Shown: positions 13,344 to 26,413 of the stretch, in pieces | Layout of the letters: the number at the start of each line of letters is the position of its first letter | How positions within the stretch are numbered: the stretch's first letter is position 1 | Source: Epithemia pelagica | Lineage: Eukaryota; Protista; Bacillariophyta | DNA length: 64,000 nt | Direction: 5' to 3' | Assembly (NCBI GenBank): GCA_946965045.2 | Contig: OX337237.1 | Location: forward strand, 3,286,001-3,350,000 | Notes under the pieces: generated by a model | Seen by the model: the letters and a program-made list of their open reading frames with translations, nothing else | Told to the model about the DNA's origin: nothing | Databases searched by the model: none | Program-made: the position numbers and the translations under genes

Positions 13344-13910
13344 TCACCACAGTTTCTTCATTTGCCTCACACTTTCTTTCGAGGTTTTTGGTTTGTAATG
13401 CATCTTTCGCTTGGTATCTGTACTCGGGGATCTCTTCTTGCTCTTCATTGGCCGGTGGTGAACCTTGGATCGCGATCCTTTGGAGGATTTCTCCTTTTTG
13501 CCCATTTGCTGAGGTACAGTTTGGGACGAAGACGATTGAACATAGTCTCCCCCAGACACATCGTATGGTGTGCTTTCCGGCATTCTTGTTGGCTTTGTCG
13601 TAGGGTTGTTGGAAGGCGTATTCGACGGAGCTACGCTCGGTGTGTGTGAGGGTACTACGCTCGGAGTGTCAGAAGGAGTCGAGGATCGCGGAGTACTACT
13701 AGGAGCAGCTGCACAAATAGATGTTGATGGATCTTCTAAACTCGTCTGTTGGGTATAGAGAAGAGAAGTTGAAAATTCGTGAGATGATTCGGAATCTATC
13801 AAGCTAACAGGGATGCTATGTCGTTCCTTACCCCAACAATGCCAAACAAAGAAACCGGGTTTGAGGACTCGGATGTTGCTGCTGGGAAATCAGCACAGGC
13901 ATTCTCCGGC
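13344..13910 (-). pseudogene. 5'-truncated tandem duplicate of the secreted Pro/Thr-repeat gene
   Basis: Retains the end of exon 1 (ENACADFPAATSESSNPVSLFGIVG|gtaagg vs NECTEFPALTSVGSETLAFLGLVG|gtaagc), DPSTSICAAAP, and the basic tail QMGKK...QMKKLW. The upstream frame is closed by TAA and no signal peptide is visible. Confidence 0.6.
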
Positions 13911-16041
13911 TCACGCTCATGAACTCTCGTCTCTCGTCGTAGACACTCATAGGAGTATTATGTTCTATCGTAACTCGTAACGCCTTATTATTATTTCGAA
14001 AAGTCATTTGGGGGTCTTTGGGGGATACTACGAGATAGTTGGAAACTACTCCTACACACCCATCATCCCTCTTGTTGTTGTTCTTGTTGGAGCATACATC
14101 ATGTCTTGAGCACTCAACGCAGAAAGAAACACACACACATCATGCCCATCACTCGGGGGACCACTCTCTTTCTCTCTCAGGTTTCAGCAGTATACAATCT
14201 GCAAGAAGATGATGGACTTGCAACGGTCCGTGTGCTTCCTTCCTTCGCATTTTGTTACCAAGAGAACCGATGCAACTCGGTCCAAGAACAAGTTTGTCGA
14301 GTTTGGTGCCATCCGAGACAAGAGAGAGAGAGAGAAAGAAAGTAGACAGGTCTGTCACGAGCAAGGGAGATGCTTCTGAGAAACCACACATTGGAAAACT
14401 CCACAAGCCAGAGTCAGTCATGTCCATGGTCGGATTCGGCTCGTCCTCTCGAACCATTTTGGATTCCCACCACACACACACACACACAACTACAGATTGG
14501 GAGACTGTCGGCTACTACCTAGAGTATGTGGTCTCTGCGTGTTCGTCTTGTTGTTCTTGTGGTTGCTGTGCTACCAGAGGTGTCCTTTCTCGGGTGGTAT
14601 ACTACTAGGTCGAAGAATCTTGCTGCACGGGGGTAGTAGGTGGAACCCCTACTCGTGGCTGCTTCTTGTTGCGGTTCCTCTCTCCCTCTCTCTTGGTGGT
14701 GTTTGGGGAGTCGTAGTAGTCTCGTCGGTGGTCCACCGAGCATGTCCTTCTTCTTCTTGTTGTTTGTGTAGGGTGGGTTTGCCGGAGTCGGTCGGTCCGT
14801 AGTCTGTCGTTCCAACCAGTAAGACCTACATACATACACACATATATATATACACCGGGGTGGGACCCAAACCGACGACTCTACCCAAACCAGGGTGACA
14901 CATGACTACCAACAGGCCGGGACGGACCCGAAAAACCAAACACCAACCACAAGAACAGGACCTGCCAGGAGATTGCCGACATTGCCGCAGCCATGACAAG
15001 TGACTCGTGTATCCGTCGACCCACCACAGTTTGATCCATAGAATCCTTGTTGTTGTGTGGCATGGAGTATGGTTTGCTCGGAGGTGCGTCGATCCAGTGC
15101 TAGAGAGACCTGTACTCGCTAGCTCACTAGCTAGAGAAGAGCTACTAGAGGATGTAGCCTCTCGCTCTCGAATGCTGAGTCGCATACGCGGTCGTGTTGA
15201 TGTCGCGCATAAATATGATGATTATGAAGGAAAGAGTACGCCTATACAGAAAAGAGTATGGCGGGATGGTCGTGTGAACTGGACGGGAAGATCTCGGAGA
15301 GGGTCTGACCGCCAACCAATGTCCCCGTGGGAAAGCTATGCTCCCACGGTAGGAGTAACCACCAAATGGGAATCTATGATTCTTAGGATCTAGAGGTCCA
15401 GTCATGGAGGAACGGACCCGACAAGGAACGAATCAATATGGTAGATCCTCTTGAAAAGAAAAAGCTCTAGAAGAATAACACTTCTCATAATATATCATCC
15501 GAACCACTTTGCAAAAGCAACTTTTGTTCGTGTCCAACTTGCTACCGAGGACGGATCAACTCGGTAGACTACCTAGCGAGCCATTGCCTAGCAAGCATAC
15601 TTTTGCATCTGTACCTCTCGCTCCCCGGAAAAACCACACCTCTAAAAAGGACGAATAAGAATCCTAGAGGATTTTGTGTCGAACACAAGACACACGAGGC
15701 TTGTCGTTGTTGTTGTTCTTGTCGTTGTTGTTGTTCTTGTCGTTGTGGTCATTGTTGTCGTCGTTGTTGTTGTCATTGTCCTTGTCGTTGTGGCGTTGAA
15801 AAGTGAAGTGGAGAACATCAGTTTCACCACAGACACCTCCAGGGTTTGGTTGTTTGTTTGGCAGGGCTTGTGGGCGGGTCGTTGTGTGTGTTTGGTCGTC
15901 GCATTCTCGGCCGAGCTGCAAAAAAGAAAAAAAGAGAGAGAGAGAGTAAAAGAGAGAGAGAGACGATTGACGAGCACGTTGGATTGGATTGTAAAAGGGC
16001 GGTGGTTGGAGTTCCAGTGAGGCAACAACAACAACAACAAC

Positions 16042-16442
16042 ATGACAACATCCCTCGCAGCAACCACCACAACCACAGCCACAGAACCAGTGGAGGATTC
16101 CAGCAGCTCTCGTACTGGTACCGAGCCGCAGCCACACAACAATACGGAGAACCATCCTGCCAGCTCCAACAAGGACCAGAGAAGGATGGAACCATTACCA
16201 CCACCACAAGACAAGGAATCTGCAACCACCACCAACATAAACAACACTGTCGAGGAGGGTGGTGTGGTGAATTCGCTCGCGGACAAAAACCACAACCACA
16301 ACATGGACTCCATCAGGAACCACCAAATAACAAAGAATGTCATGATTCCACCACCAGAAGAACCACTACAACAACGACAATCACAAGAGGAGGAGGAGGA
16401 CCATTCCACCACCCACAAGGCGAACCACAATCAAACTACTAC

Positions 16443-16485
<43 letters not shown>

Positions 16486-19400
16486 AACAACAACAACAAC
16501 AACAACAAGACACTACTACAAGACGAGAATGGCACTGACACTGCCCAACAACACCAACAGCAGGACAGTTCTGCCGCAACGGCATCCTCATCACCATCAC
16601 CACAATTGACGTTGCCTTCTCCTCCGCCTTCTGGCACCACCAACGTGACGACACGAAACGACCCGAATGGCTCATTCAGTACCATCACCCGTGGCGAACC
16701 AACAAACGACGTTCGACCACAACCACAAAAAGCGACCGACATAGCCACAGCCACCAGAGTCTCGGCCAGTTTACCAGCGGAGGACAACGACCAAGAACAA
16801 CAACAACAACAACAAGGGGAAACCACAAACCCTGGTACGGAAAAAGACGTGGAGGAACTAACCCACCAAGAACCAGGTGCTCCTGCTGCTGTGTCTGGGC
16901 AAGAAGAAGAAGAAGAGGAACAAGAAAAGACTCGGTCCATCCAACCATCACCAGTCCCACGGGTCTGGATTCGGTCGTGGTCCCATGATCACAACAACAG
17001 CAAAAAACTACCCAACACGACGGTTGGCAGCAGTCAAACAAGTCGAATGGAGGAGGACGACCCACCATTGCTGCCATCCGCCGTGCCGTCACGAAAATCC
17101 ATGACGAGTCTTGCTCCTCCAAACAGTAGCAACATGCGAGGAATGCTGACCATATTATGTCGTTCCACTCGATTGTATTGGTGTTGGCACCAACAAGCAT
17201 CCAAGGAGGACAACAACAACAATGCATGGACACCCCGTCTCATGTGGCAGTAAGTGACAAACCTATTGTTGTTCTTGTTGTTTCTACACGAAACTAGGTG
17301 GAATGTAATAGGGGGGCCATACTCTCTTGTGTTGTGGGCGTCAAAGTGGTGGAACAAGACTCGTTGTGTTTCACACACTCACAAATTTCGTGCGGTCCCT
17401 TCTCACACACTTTCTGTGTTGTGTTGTGTCTCATGCCAGAACGCAGCTGATTGAATGGAATGCTCCACACAATGCCAATCCAGCCACACACTGGCAAGAT
17501 TATGTTCCCACTCGTCTCGCGCACGAATGGATGCGGCAAAACCAATCGGGTGGTGGTGTTCCACCAAGCGACGACGACGAAAATGGGATCCCTCCTGCTG
17601 CCAGGAATTCTGCTGCTACGGATGCTGCTGCTTGTGGTGGTTTCTTGATACCAGTGTACCTGATTCGGTCCCGTGCTTCCGACGACGACCAACCACGTTC
17701 TCTCTTTCCCAAGAACTATTATCAAACCTTGGATATTTCCTCCCTGTGGTGTCCTCCAGAGTCGGATGCGACGACGACCAACAGCAACAACAACAACAAC
17801 AACACTTCCACGCATCGTACTCGATCCCTGGTGCAGGGGCAACGACGGGCCAAGAAACAGCGGCAAAATCAACGACGCTTTGAAACCAACCAAGAACGAC
17901 TCTCGCCCTGGCAAGCCCTTTGGTCCATGTTGCAACATGCCTCGATGGCGTTTCGGGTTGAGGAATTGGAGTCCGACTCGTTTTATCATGAAAACAGACA
18001 AGAACCAGTGGACAACACTGCTGACGACAGTGACGACGATGACGACGACGAGGAGCGATTGCGTGAGGCATCTCTGCGGCGCATGACACGAACCGCCGAC
18101 CAGTGTGCCTTGGTGTACAGTGCCTGGCATCATCATGTTCCATTCGCCCATGACAAGAAACGACCTACCACTAATACTAGCCGAACGGCACTCTTGGTGG
18201 TGGATTGTGGTGCCTGGATGAAATGGACTGCCACCAATGAATGGGGTCACATTTTGACGGATGGATACACGACGGGCTTTTGGTTGCAATGTCGGCGCGT
18301 CCTCGAATGGGCCCGTCGGGATCAGCATCATGAGGATGATGGGAATGACGACAGGCAAGATTCTCCGTGGTTTGAATGGGTCCAGCGTCGCTTGGCGGAA
18401 TGTCACTCGTGGAACCAACCCTTGTTCTTTATGGAGGAAGAAGAAGAAACGGAGAATGAACCGGATGATGCCGAGCGTCTTGTACAACAACAACGACAAC
18501 AAGCCATTGTTTACAACAATTTGCTCTGCAGCATTGTCCGCAACATGGCCTTGAAATTGTCCTGGCAGATTATCAATCCATGGATGCAACGTGTTCGAGC
18601 CGAAGCACAACAACGACGACGCCAACAACAACAATCCGAGCCACAAGAATCATCGGAGAGGGACTCCGATGCCATGGAGGTCGATGACGACGATAAGGAG
18701 AACCGAAGTACCAGTCGGAGTAGTCAACCGCCCGAACCCGTATCAGTGAACAAGGAAGATGAGAAGGATGAAAATTCGATTGCCTTTCACGTGGTCTTGA
18801 CGGGTGGAGATGTGGACTTTATCTCCCAATTGTTACAACCCGACTTTTCTTCCATTTTGAAACCGCACGAACCACATGCCAGCCTCATGAAACAAGTCAC
18901 GGTCTCGTGCATGGATTCACAGCATGCGCCAGCCGCCAACCAAACGACAAAGAAGCGACGATCGGCCGATTATGCCTTGCTCCATGCCGGCCTGGCCCAT
19001 TGGATCCATCACCGACAAGTACAGCACGACCAAGAACAAGAGGAACTACGAAAGGCAAAGACCCGAACGGCTGCGGACCGTTTCCAGTCGTTACAGTCCG
19101 AATTGTTGGGGATGCGTATACTCGTGGCACCAGCTTCTCAGAGTGAAACACAGGAACCATCACCACGAGATAAAGATTGTCGGTGGGGCACCATTTGGCA
19201 TATCCAACAGCCGCCATTACAATTGGACGACGAAGAGTGGACGATTCCGACGTCGCAACTGGATCAATGGCGCGCCTTGATTAAATGGGATACGACTGGT
19301 GATGTGACGGGTCTCGTGTTTTCGCAGGTCGTACAAGCTTTGTTAGACTATTCCCAACGTGGTGACGTCCACTGGGATGCCATTCGGGCGCAGTGGCATT

Positions 19401-21358
19401 TGGAGAGAGCCAATGATGAAAATGACAATGGCAGCAACAACAGCAATGGGTCCTCACAATTGGGAGAGCCTCCGGAGATTGCCGCGCGGAAAAATGCCAC
19501 TCTGGATGTCGTGGAGAAAATGTCCGAGTTTTTGTCTCTCTTCCCAGCACCCGATCTGGCACACCTTGAGGATAGTGAGGAAGAAGATGACCTCGACGTC
19601 TCAAACAGCGCCAACCAAACCAACAAGACGAACGAACAACAACAACAACGGATGGATCTGTTCATGGATAGCGATGACGAAGACGACGAAGACTACACCC
19701 CTTTTCGTACGAAACAAAAGGGCAAGAACCGCAGAGGCAACAACGAGAACCAAAACTCCACCATGGACCAGGACAATCTCGTCGATAGCGATGAGGATGA
19801 GACAGGGCACGAAACCCGCAAAAGAAACCGTACAAATGATGGTGCTGGAGTTTCGGATAAATCCATGGATCCATCGACTAGAACTGCGAGACCAAGATCA
19901 CCGATTCCAAGAACTGTCCCGCAACAGCCGAAGAAAACCAGCAGTCATACACAAAATCAATCACATCCCGCCCCAGCTGCAGCAGAGACAACACAGGGGG
20001 AAGCAATCACCAATGATTCCGAGACACAACCATCAATATCCCAGCAGAATCGAGACCGTGTCACTCATGATGCAATAAGGAGCGACGAAGATGCACCAGA
20101 CTACCTTACGCAACCCGAAGAAACTCAGGAATCTCCTACAGCAGAATCGCCGCCGGAAAGGTCCAATCCTCCGAGCACAATCACTGTCCCCAGGATTCCG
20201 CCCTCCGATAAGCAAGCTCAATCGAACCAAGAACGGCGCAATTCTGGACAAGCCAGCAATGGCCACGGGGACAATACCAAAACGGGCAAAAAGCGTGGTC
20301 GTCCTCCCAAAACCGATCAGGCCAAGTCAAATCCTCCGAGTAACATCGGTGTCCCAAAGGTTCCGCCCTCCGATAAGGAAGCTCCATCAAACCAAGAACG
20401 GCGAAACTCTGGAAAAGGGAACAATGGCCAAGACGACATCACCAAAACGGGCAAGAAGCGTGGTCGTCCTCCCAAAACGGATCAGGTCAAGAAAAATGAT
20501 AAGAAACTAAAGGTGACTAACGAAACAGGAAACACAACATCTCCGGGGAAAACGAGTGGAAAGTCCCCACACGCACATATTGAACAAACGAAAGGACGTG
20601 ACAGGGCGGGAGATGGTAAAAGCAGCAAGAACCAAGCAAAAGATTCTTCTTCGCGCCAATCGTCAAGGGAAGGTCCAACACAGAAGAAGACAAACACTAT
20701 CGATTCTGGAAAGAGTGCCTCACTTAACAAGAAGACCAACAAGCCGACAAAGATATCAGTTCCGGCTGTTCGTCCTTCTGATTCGTCACCCCAAGAGAAC
20801 GCTGTGGAACCACAAAAGAGAAAACCAGCAACCAAGGAAAATATAGCATTGAACGAGAAAAAGAAACAGAAAACAAGCGACAGCAAAAATGCAAGCCCAA
20901 AGGTCGCCAAACCTTCCAAAGCAGCAAAGAAACCGGCAAAGACTACAACGGCTTCGAAAGTGTCGTCCAAGAAAGCAGCTGCTGAGAGCAATGACGGAGA
21001 CGACAGTGGGAAGAAGACCACGCCCAAGAAACAGAAGCAAAAAAAGATGCAAAAGACGAGCACAACATCGCCCAATGTTGCATCACCGAGACACAATGCT
21101 GCAAAAGCGACGACCGAGACGTTGAGTGAAGACGAAATCAAAAAGAATCCGCATGGGTACAAGAATCGTCGAGTGGCAAAGTACTTTGATGGAGAGTTGT
21201 ATTTTGGAACCATCACGGAATATGACCCTGAGGAAAAGTGGTGGTTTGTGATCTATGACGACGGCGACAAGGCAGACTATGAGCTGGACGAGATTGCCCA
21301 CATTCTTCGACTCTATCGGACCAATGCGTCCAAGGACATTCCAAGCAACGACGAATAG
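16042..21358 (+). CDS. Large low-complexity protein with a degenerate type III pantothenate kinase (CoaX)-like region, two AT-hooks and a C-terminal Tudor-like domain; exons 16042-17249, 17440-21358
   Basis: Intron 17250-17439 (GTAAGT...CAG) joins the 403-aa and 1343-aa ORFs in frame. Motifs: LLVVDCG, VVLTGGD, LLHAGL, KKRGRPPK x2, and RRVAKYFDGELYFGTITEYD..WWFVIYDDGDKADY. Confidence 0.7.
16443..16508 (+). repeat. (AAC)n microsatellite encoding poly-Asn
   Basis: About 21 consecutive Asn codons, one of them AAT. Confidence 0.9.
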
Positions 21359-22311
21359 CAACCGGTTCCAGACCATTATGACTTTTCTCTCAGGTCCGCC
21401 AGGATGCACTCAAGCAAACATCAGTATGGTGGTTAAGATTCAGCATGTATAATAAGAAGGACTTATTGTTTTACTGATGAGTCGTTCGTACGGCAGAAGA
21501 TAGAGGATTGCAGTGACTGCTGTGCATGGATAGGAACACGCACATAGGTGGGTTTGTTGTTACTACATCTGTGATTTTTCTAGAGTAGGAGTTAATCTAG
21601 ACTACCCAGCGTGCTAAGGGATGGATGGGAAGAGGTGCGGAGTCTGTCAGCCAGTACGGGGTGTATGGCGGGGGAACATAAGGTGGCAAAAAGGCGTGGG
21701 TTCGATGTTGTCTCCGTTGTTGGGACTGGGCTTCATGAGAAGGGCTTGTTTTGTGGGGATGCACAAAAATCTGAGTGAATGAAACTGAGCGGGTGCGCGC
21801 GGGGAAAAGTCCCCCGGACTCGCAGAAGATAGGGACTTGTATTCGGGACCCATCTATTCCCACAAGCTCCTTTAGGTAGAGGAGTATCGTAGAATATGTG
21901 GGTTATCTTCTAAGCACAGAGCGGAAAGTTGGAAGTTGTGGTGTCTATTTGAGTGAATACGTGATTGTAATGATCGCCGTTCGTCTGCTCAGATCTAAGC
22001 ATTTATTGAACACTTTGATTCTAGCAACGGCAGTAGCTGTCATCATCCTTTTGACGGGATGCCTGGACGTGACGAAGGCAGTTCCCTTCGACCGAACTGC
22101 CACAACAGCAGCTTTGTCTGGACGGGCACGGGTGGGTTCAAGCTCAGCGCGGACGTGACAGAGACCTTGGTTTGTCTAATCCAAGTCAACATGTACAGTT
22201 TATACAACCATTCAAAACCCAACATGTTGTCTACTTTAAACATTGCCGGAATGGCATATAGAAATCACAAAAAGATATCGTCAAGCAAAGAGCAAAAACC
22301 GCGTGTGGTTC

Positions 22312-25219
22312 TCACTCTTCGTCCTTGAGACCCGACCCCATGGACATTTGGGCCGGAATGGTCCGTTGCGTCATGCGCAATTCCTTATCGTCCTCTGCCT
22401 CATTGTCATTGTAGGAATCCTGGACCGCAAAGGGACTGGCCGGCCGCGGTACTTGATCTTCGGGACCAATCGTGGCCAACAAGACGGGCAACAAAATGAG
22501 GCCATGTCCAATGCCCAAGGTGACCAATCCGACAAAGGCAATAAAAATGGTAAAGAAAATGGTACTCGTCGAAAAGGCCAGTGGCAAGGTTCCCAAAAAG
22601 GTGGAAATGCCGGCCACCAAAATGGAGGACCCCATGGTTTCCAACATGGCAATGGTCTTTTCGCGACGATTGCCGGGACATTCATAGTACCGCAACAAGA
22701 CGTGCATGATAAAGTCCACCAACAACCCAATCGCCAACACGACGGTAATGTAGGCCACGGCATTGACATGGACTCCAGCCCATTGCATGACACCCAACAA
22801 GTCGACATACAAGACGGAAATGAGCGGCAAGACAAAGAGGGCGGCAGTCCAATGGGGAACAAACACAAAGGCAATGCCCGTCACGGCCACGACACCCATG
22901 ATTGTGGTAAAAATGAGTTCTTCCTTGGTCCGGGAAAAGAATTCCCAAGTATTGTAATTTTGGTCATAATTGAAAAAGGCCCAGTCGCTCAACCCCCGGT
23001 TAATGGGTTGCCGAGCGGTAATGTCACGTTGTTCGCCCAAGGTATCCATTTGTTCCCGAACGTTCTCTTCATCGACATTGTCAATATGCAATTGGACACG
23101 CGAAGCGGTAATGTTCCCTGCTTCATTGCGGACAATGTCGGCCCCGTACAAATCAAACGTGACGGGATCAGACAAGAACAGGTCGACTTGTTCGTTAAAG
23201 GTCAAGTCCGTCACATTGTCGGCATTGTCTTGGAGAAACTGATTGAAATCGCGGAGCCAAAAGAATTCCGGTTGTTCTTCAACGGCATCCATGGCCACCA
23301 AATCATTGACATAATCTTCCATTTGAGCTTGAATGTCGGCATTGGATTGATCGACAAAGCGAAAGTAGACAAAGGGATTGATACCGTTGCGTGTGGTGTA
23401 ATCGTCCGTGGCATGGAAAAAGTCGGTCACATAGGAATCGTCGGGCATGACTTCGGTAAATTCAAATTCTTGCGTCAACTTGGAAGCACTAATGGCACAC
23501 AAGACGGCCAAGGCAATAAAGGCAATCACAACCGCAATCCGTACGGCGGGTTGCAACAAGAATTCGGCATACCGAACCATAAAGGCATCAAAGGTACTGC
23601 CGGAAGGCGTCTGTGCCGGCGTGTCTTGTGCATTGGTGTCGTTGGACGCTGGCTCTTCTTCATCGTCGTCGTCGTTACTTTCTTTGTCGGCCACGGTACA
23701 GCAGATGCAACAATCGCGTTTGCGATGTTGAATGCGGCGTTCGTCCAGGACAATCCAGGCAATGAAAAAGGTGAGTTGATAGAGATAAATCAAGAGAACC
23801 GAGGGAAAGGCATAGAGGCAGAGCCAATAGACGGCGGGAATACTGGACAAGCAGCCCAATCCAAAGGTCAGCGACGAGGTAATGGACGTGAGGGTAATGG
23901 AAATGCCCACTTCGTGAATGGTTTCTCCAATGCGATGTTCGGTTTGGGTATTGGGATTGGTCCGGGAGTAGGCTCCATAAATGATAAAGGCATCGTCCAA
24001 GCCAATGCCAAAAATGACAAAGGGCAAGAGTTGGGTCATGGAAGTAAAGGGTGTGCCAATGGTAAACAACAAGCCAAAGCCCGACAAGAGACTGAGCAAG
24101 ACGGCCACGACCGCTCCAAACCCCAACAAGGATCGCGATTGGATGGGGTCACGTTTGAAAAAGACAATGGCCGTAAAGACAGACATGATGAGAAAGACAA
24201 TGGGAATCAAGGGAATGTCTTCGAGAATGGTGCGTTCAAATCTGCATAAAACGGTACGCAAGCAAACAAGTGGTTAGCACAGTGTCGGTAGGTACAAAGA
24301 TCTAGATCCATGTCGTCGTTGTTGTCGAGAGGATACGTAAGGAGCCCGCTGCCGTGACTTCCAATTGGAGGGGCCGATTGGGATTGCCATTCCATTCGTC
24401 GCGCAAATCCAACAGGACATCCAAGGCATCGTCTTCCCAGGATTCGGCCGCCTCGGTATCGGGCAATCGAATGCGGACCGTGTAGCCTTGACAATTGGTC
24501 AATTGGTCGGTATTGGGATTGCGTTGCGGATTGCCAAAGACGGCATTTTGGCTCACCTTGGTGCCATCGGGAAAGGTGCGTTCCGACAAGGCGGCAATGG
24601 CTTCCTCGTCTGACGAAATTTCCGTCTCGTACAAGGTGGAATCCAACTTCCAAAATTGCACAATGCCATCCACTTCACACGTGGGTTGATTCGTTTCCGC
24701 ATCGATGTAGGTACTGTCGGCACAAACCGTCTCGTAATTGGGAATCTCCAAGACGGTATCGAATGCTTCAAAGACTTGAGTGACCTCGTCTTGTCCCAAG
24801 ACGTTGTCACCATCGGCATGAAAAAACAAAATGAGGTCGAGGGTATCGGGTGGAAAATTGGAAGCCTCATCAATCCAATCGCTGTGTTGAATGGGCAAGG
24901 AATTGGACGGTGTCCACAACTTGTCTTCATCGACATCGATGGTAAAATTGGTAAACAAACCCAACACGAGCAAGAGAAGCGAGACTGTAGTAACAATCGA
25001 CAATGTTCGTTTGGGATTGTAGGCCACTAGTTGCGTCACGTGATGCAACACGTGGAGAATGGGAGTATGAATGGAATTCACCAGTCGAGACCAACTGGCA
25101 GAAAAGCCAATGGCAGACGTGTCGTTGCTGCCGCTCTCGTGACTGTCCTTGGTCATGCTTTCGCCGCTGTTGCCGCCTGGGTGGCTACTGCTGCTCGTCT
25201 TGCGTTCCTCCTCCTCCAT
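22312..25219 (-). CDS. Patched/NPC1-like RND-family sterol-sensing-domain membrane protein; two exons (ATG 25219-~24337; ~24241-22312)
   Basis: SSD motif LLPFVIFGIGLDDAFII, second repeat IGLLVDFIMH, and GHGLILLPVLL; N-terminal TM plus luminal loop. The exact splice junction is unresolved (see findings). Confidence 0.85.
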
Positions 25220-26413
25220 CACTGTGTCATTACAGATAGAGGGAAACAAACAACAACAACAAAATGGCTGGTCAGAATCCACACAAGAGGAACCAACGAC
25301 CGACATACCCCGAAACCGGCAACAGGTTCGTACCGTCAATGACACCTCCAAAACGGCCGAACATGGCCCATTTGCTGGAGTGGGATACTTTCAGGATTTG
25401 ATTGTAGCATCCCAAGCTCGATCCGCAATCATTAGTCGAGGTCGTAGTTCTTCGGCCTTATTGGATGAAATGATTGAATACGGCCGTCGTACCGAAGCAT
25501 GGGAACAAGGACACAAACGATTGCCCGATCCGATTATCCGATGCAGTATTGGAAGGAGAATTCCCGAAATACAGCGACGAGAAAAACAAAAAAGATCATC
25601 CGCAAAATTTTAGTATGGCCATTCATTATTCTTGCCAGTATTGTGGTGTTTGTTGTGGGCAAGAAACAACAACTCAATTGAGACCTTGTTTCGCCGTGAC
25701 TTTGGACCAACTGCTCCGGTAGTTACGGAGACCGGTAGTGGCGGAGAAGGACCAAGAAGATCTTCACCGCTTAGCTGGGAATGCCGAGATTCGTAGTGTG
25801 TGTTTGGCATTGCATCGAGGCTTTTACCCACAAGGGACCTGGGATACGACGGATAGCGATACTCTGTCCCCAATGACCCCTCGTTCCGAAGGGGACGCTG
25901 GGCACCGACCAATAATCAAATCGCCTCGATGCACAAACGACTCCTTATGGATGATTCCAACATGTGAACCATCAAAGTAATGAGAAGAGAAACGAGACGC
26001 GCTGTTACTCGACGGAGGAGATGACTAGGAGTAAACATTTTCTTCTTCCTCCAAAGGAGGACTGTCGTCGTTGTTGTTATTGGTTGGTTCTTCCATTCTA
26101 TCAAAAGTGGCTCTTTGATGTTTCTTTTCGCGAGGAATTGCTTGTAGGAAATATGAGAGGAGAGTGGACAAACGAAAGCGCTCTCTATATTATCTCTCTT
26201 TGGAATCTAGATGATTGGGCTCTGTTGTTCTCTCAATCGTACTGTTGATTGTCGCTCTCTCTCGCACTTTTGGAATGCCTTGGAGTGTTCCCTGACTGCC
26301 CTTGGAGTGTTCCTGTTGGATCCAGGGGCGTGGATGATCCATGATAACGATCCATGTCTCGGTTGTGCGTAAGACATGGTCACAATTTAATTGTGTCGGC
26401 AATCGGCAAGATC

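Noticed and set aside
14100-15900. Many overlapping short ORFs
   Set aside because: Driven by (CA)n, (GA)n and (GTT)n simple repeats; no domain signal
17294-18646. 450-aa minus-strand ORF (likewise 36833-38056 and 20482-21216)
   Set aside because: Antisense shadows of low-complexity coding regions; the opposite strand carries the recognisable motifs
22243-24249. 668-aa ORF antisense to the Patched-like exon
   Set aside because: It is codon-aligned with the real gene, so it stays open simply because TTA/CTA/TCA codons are avoided. The translation has no recognisable domain, so it is a shadow ORF.
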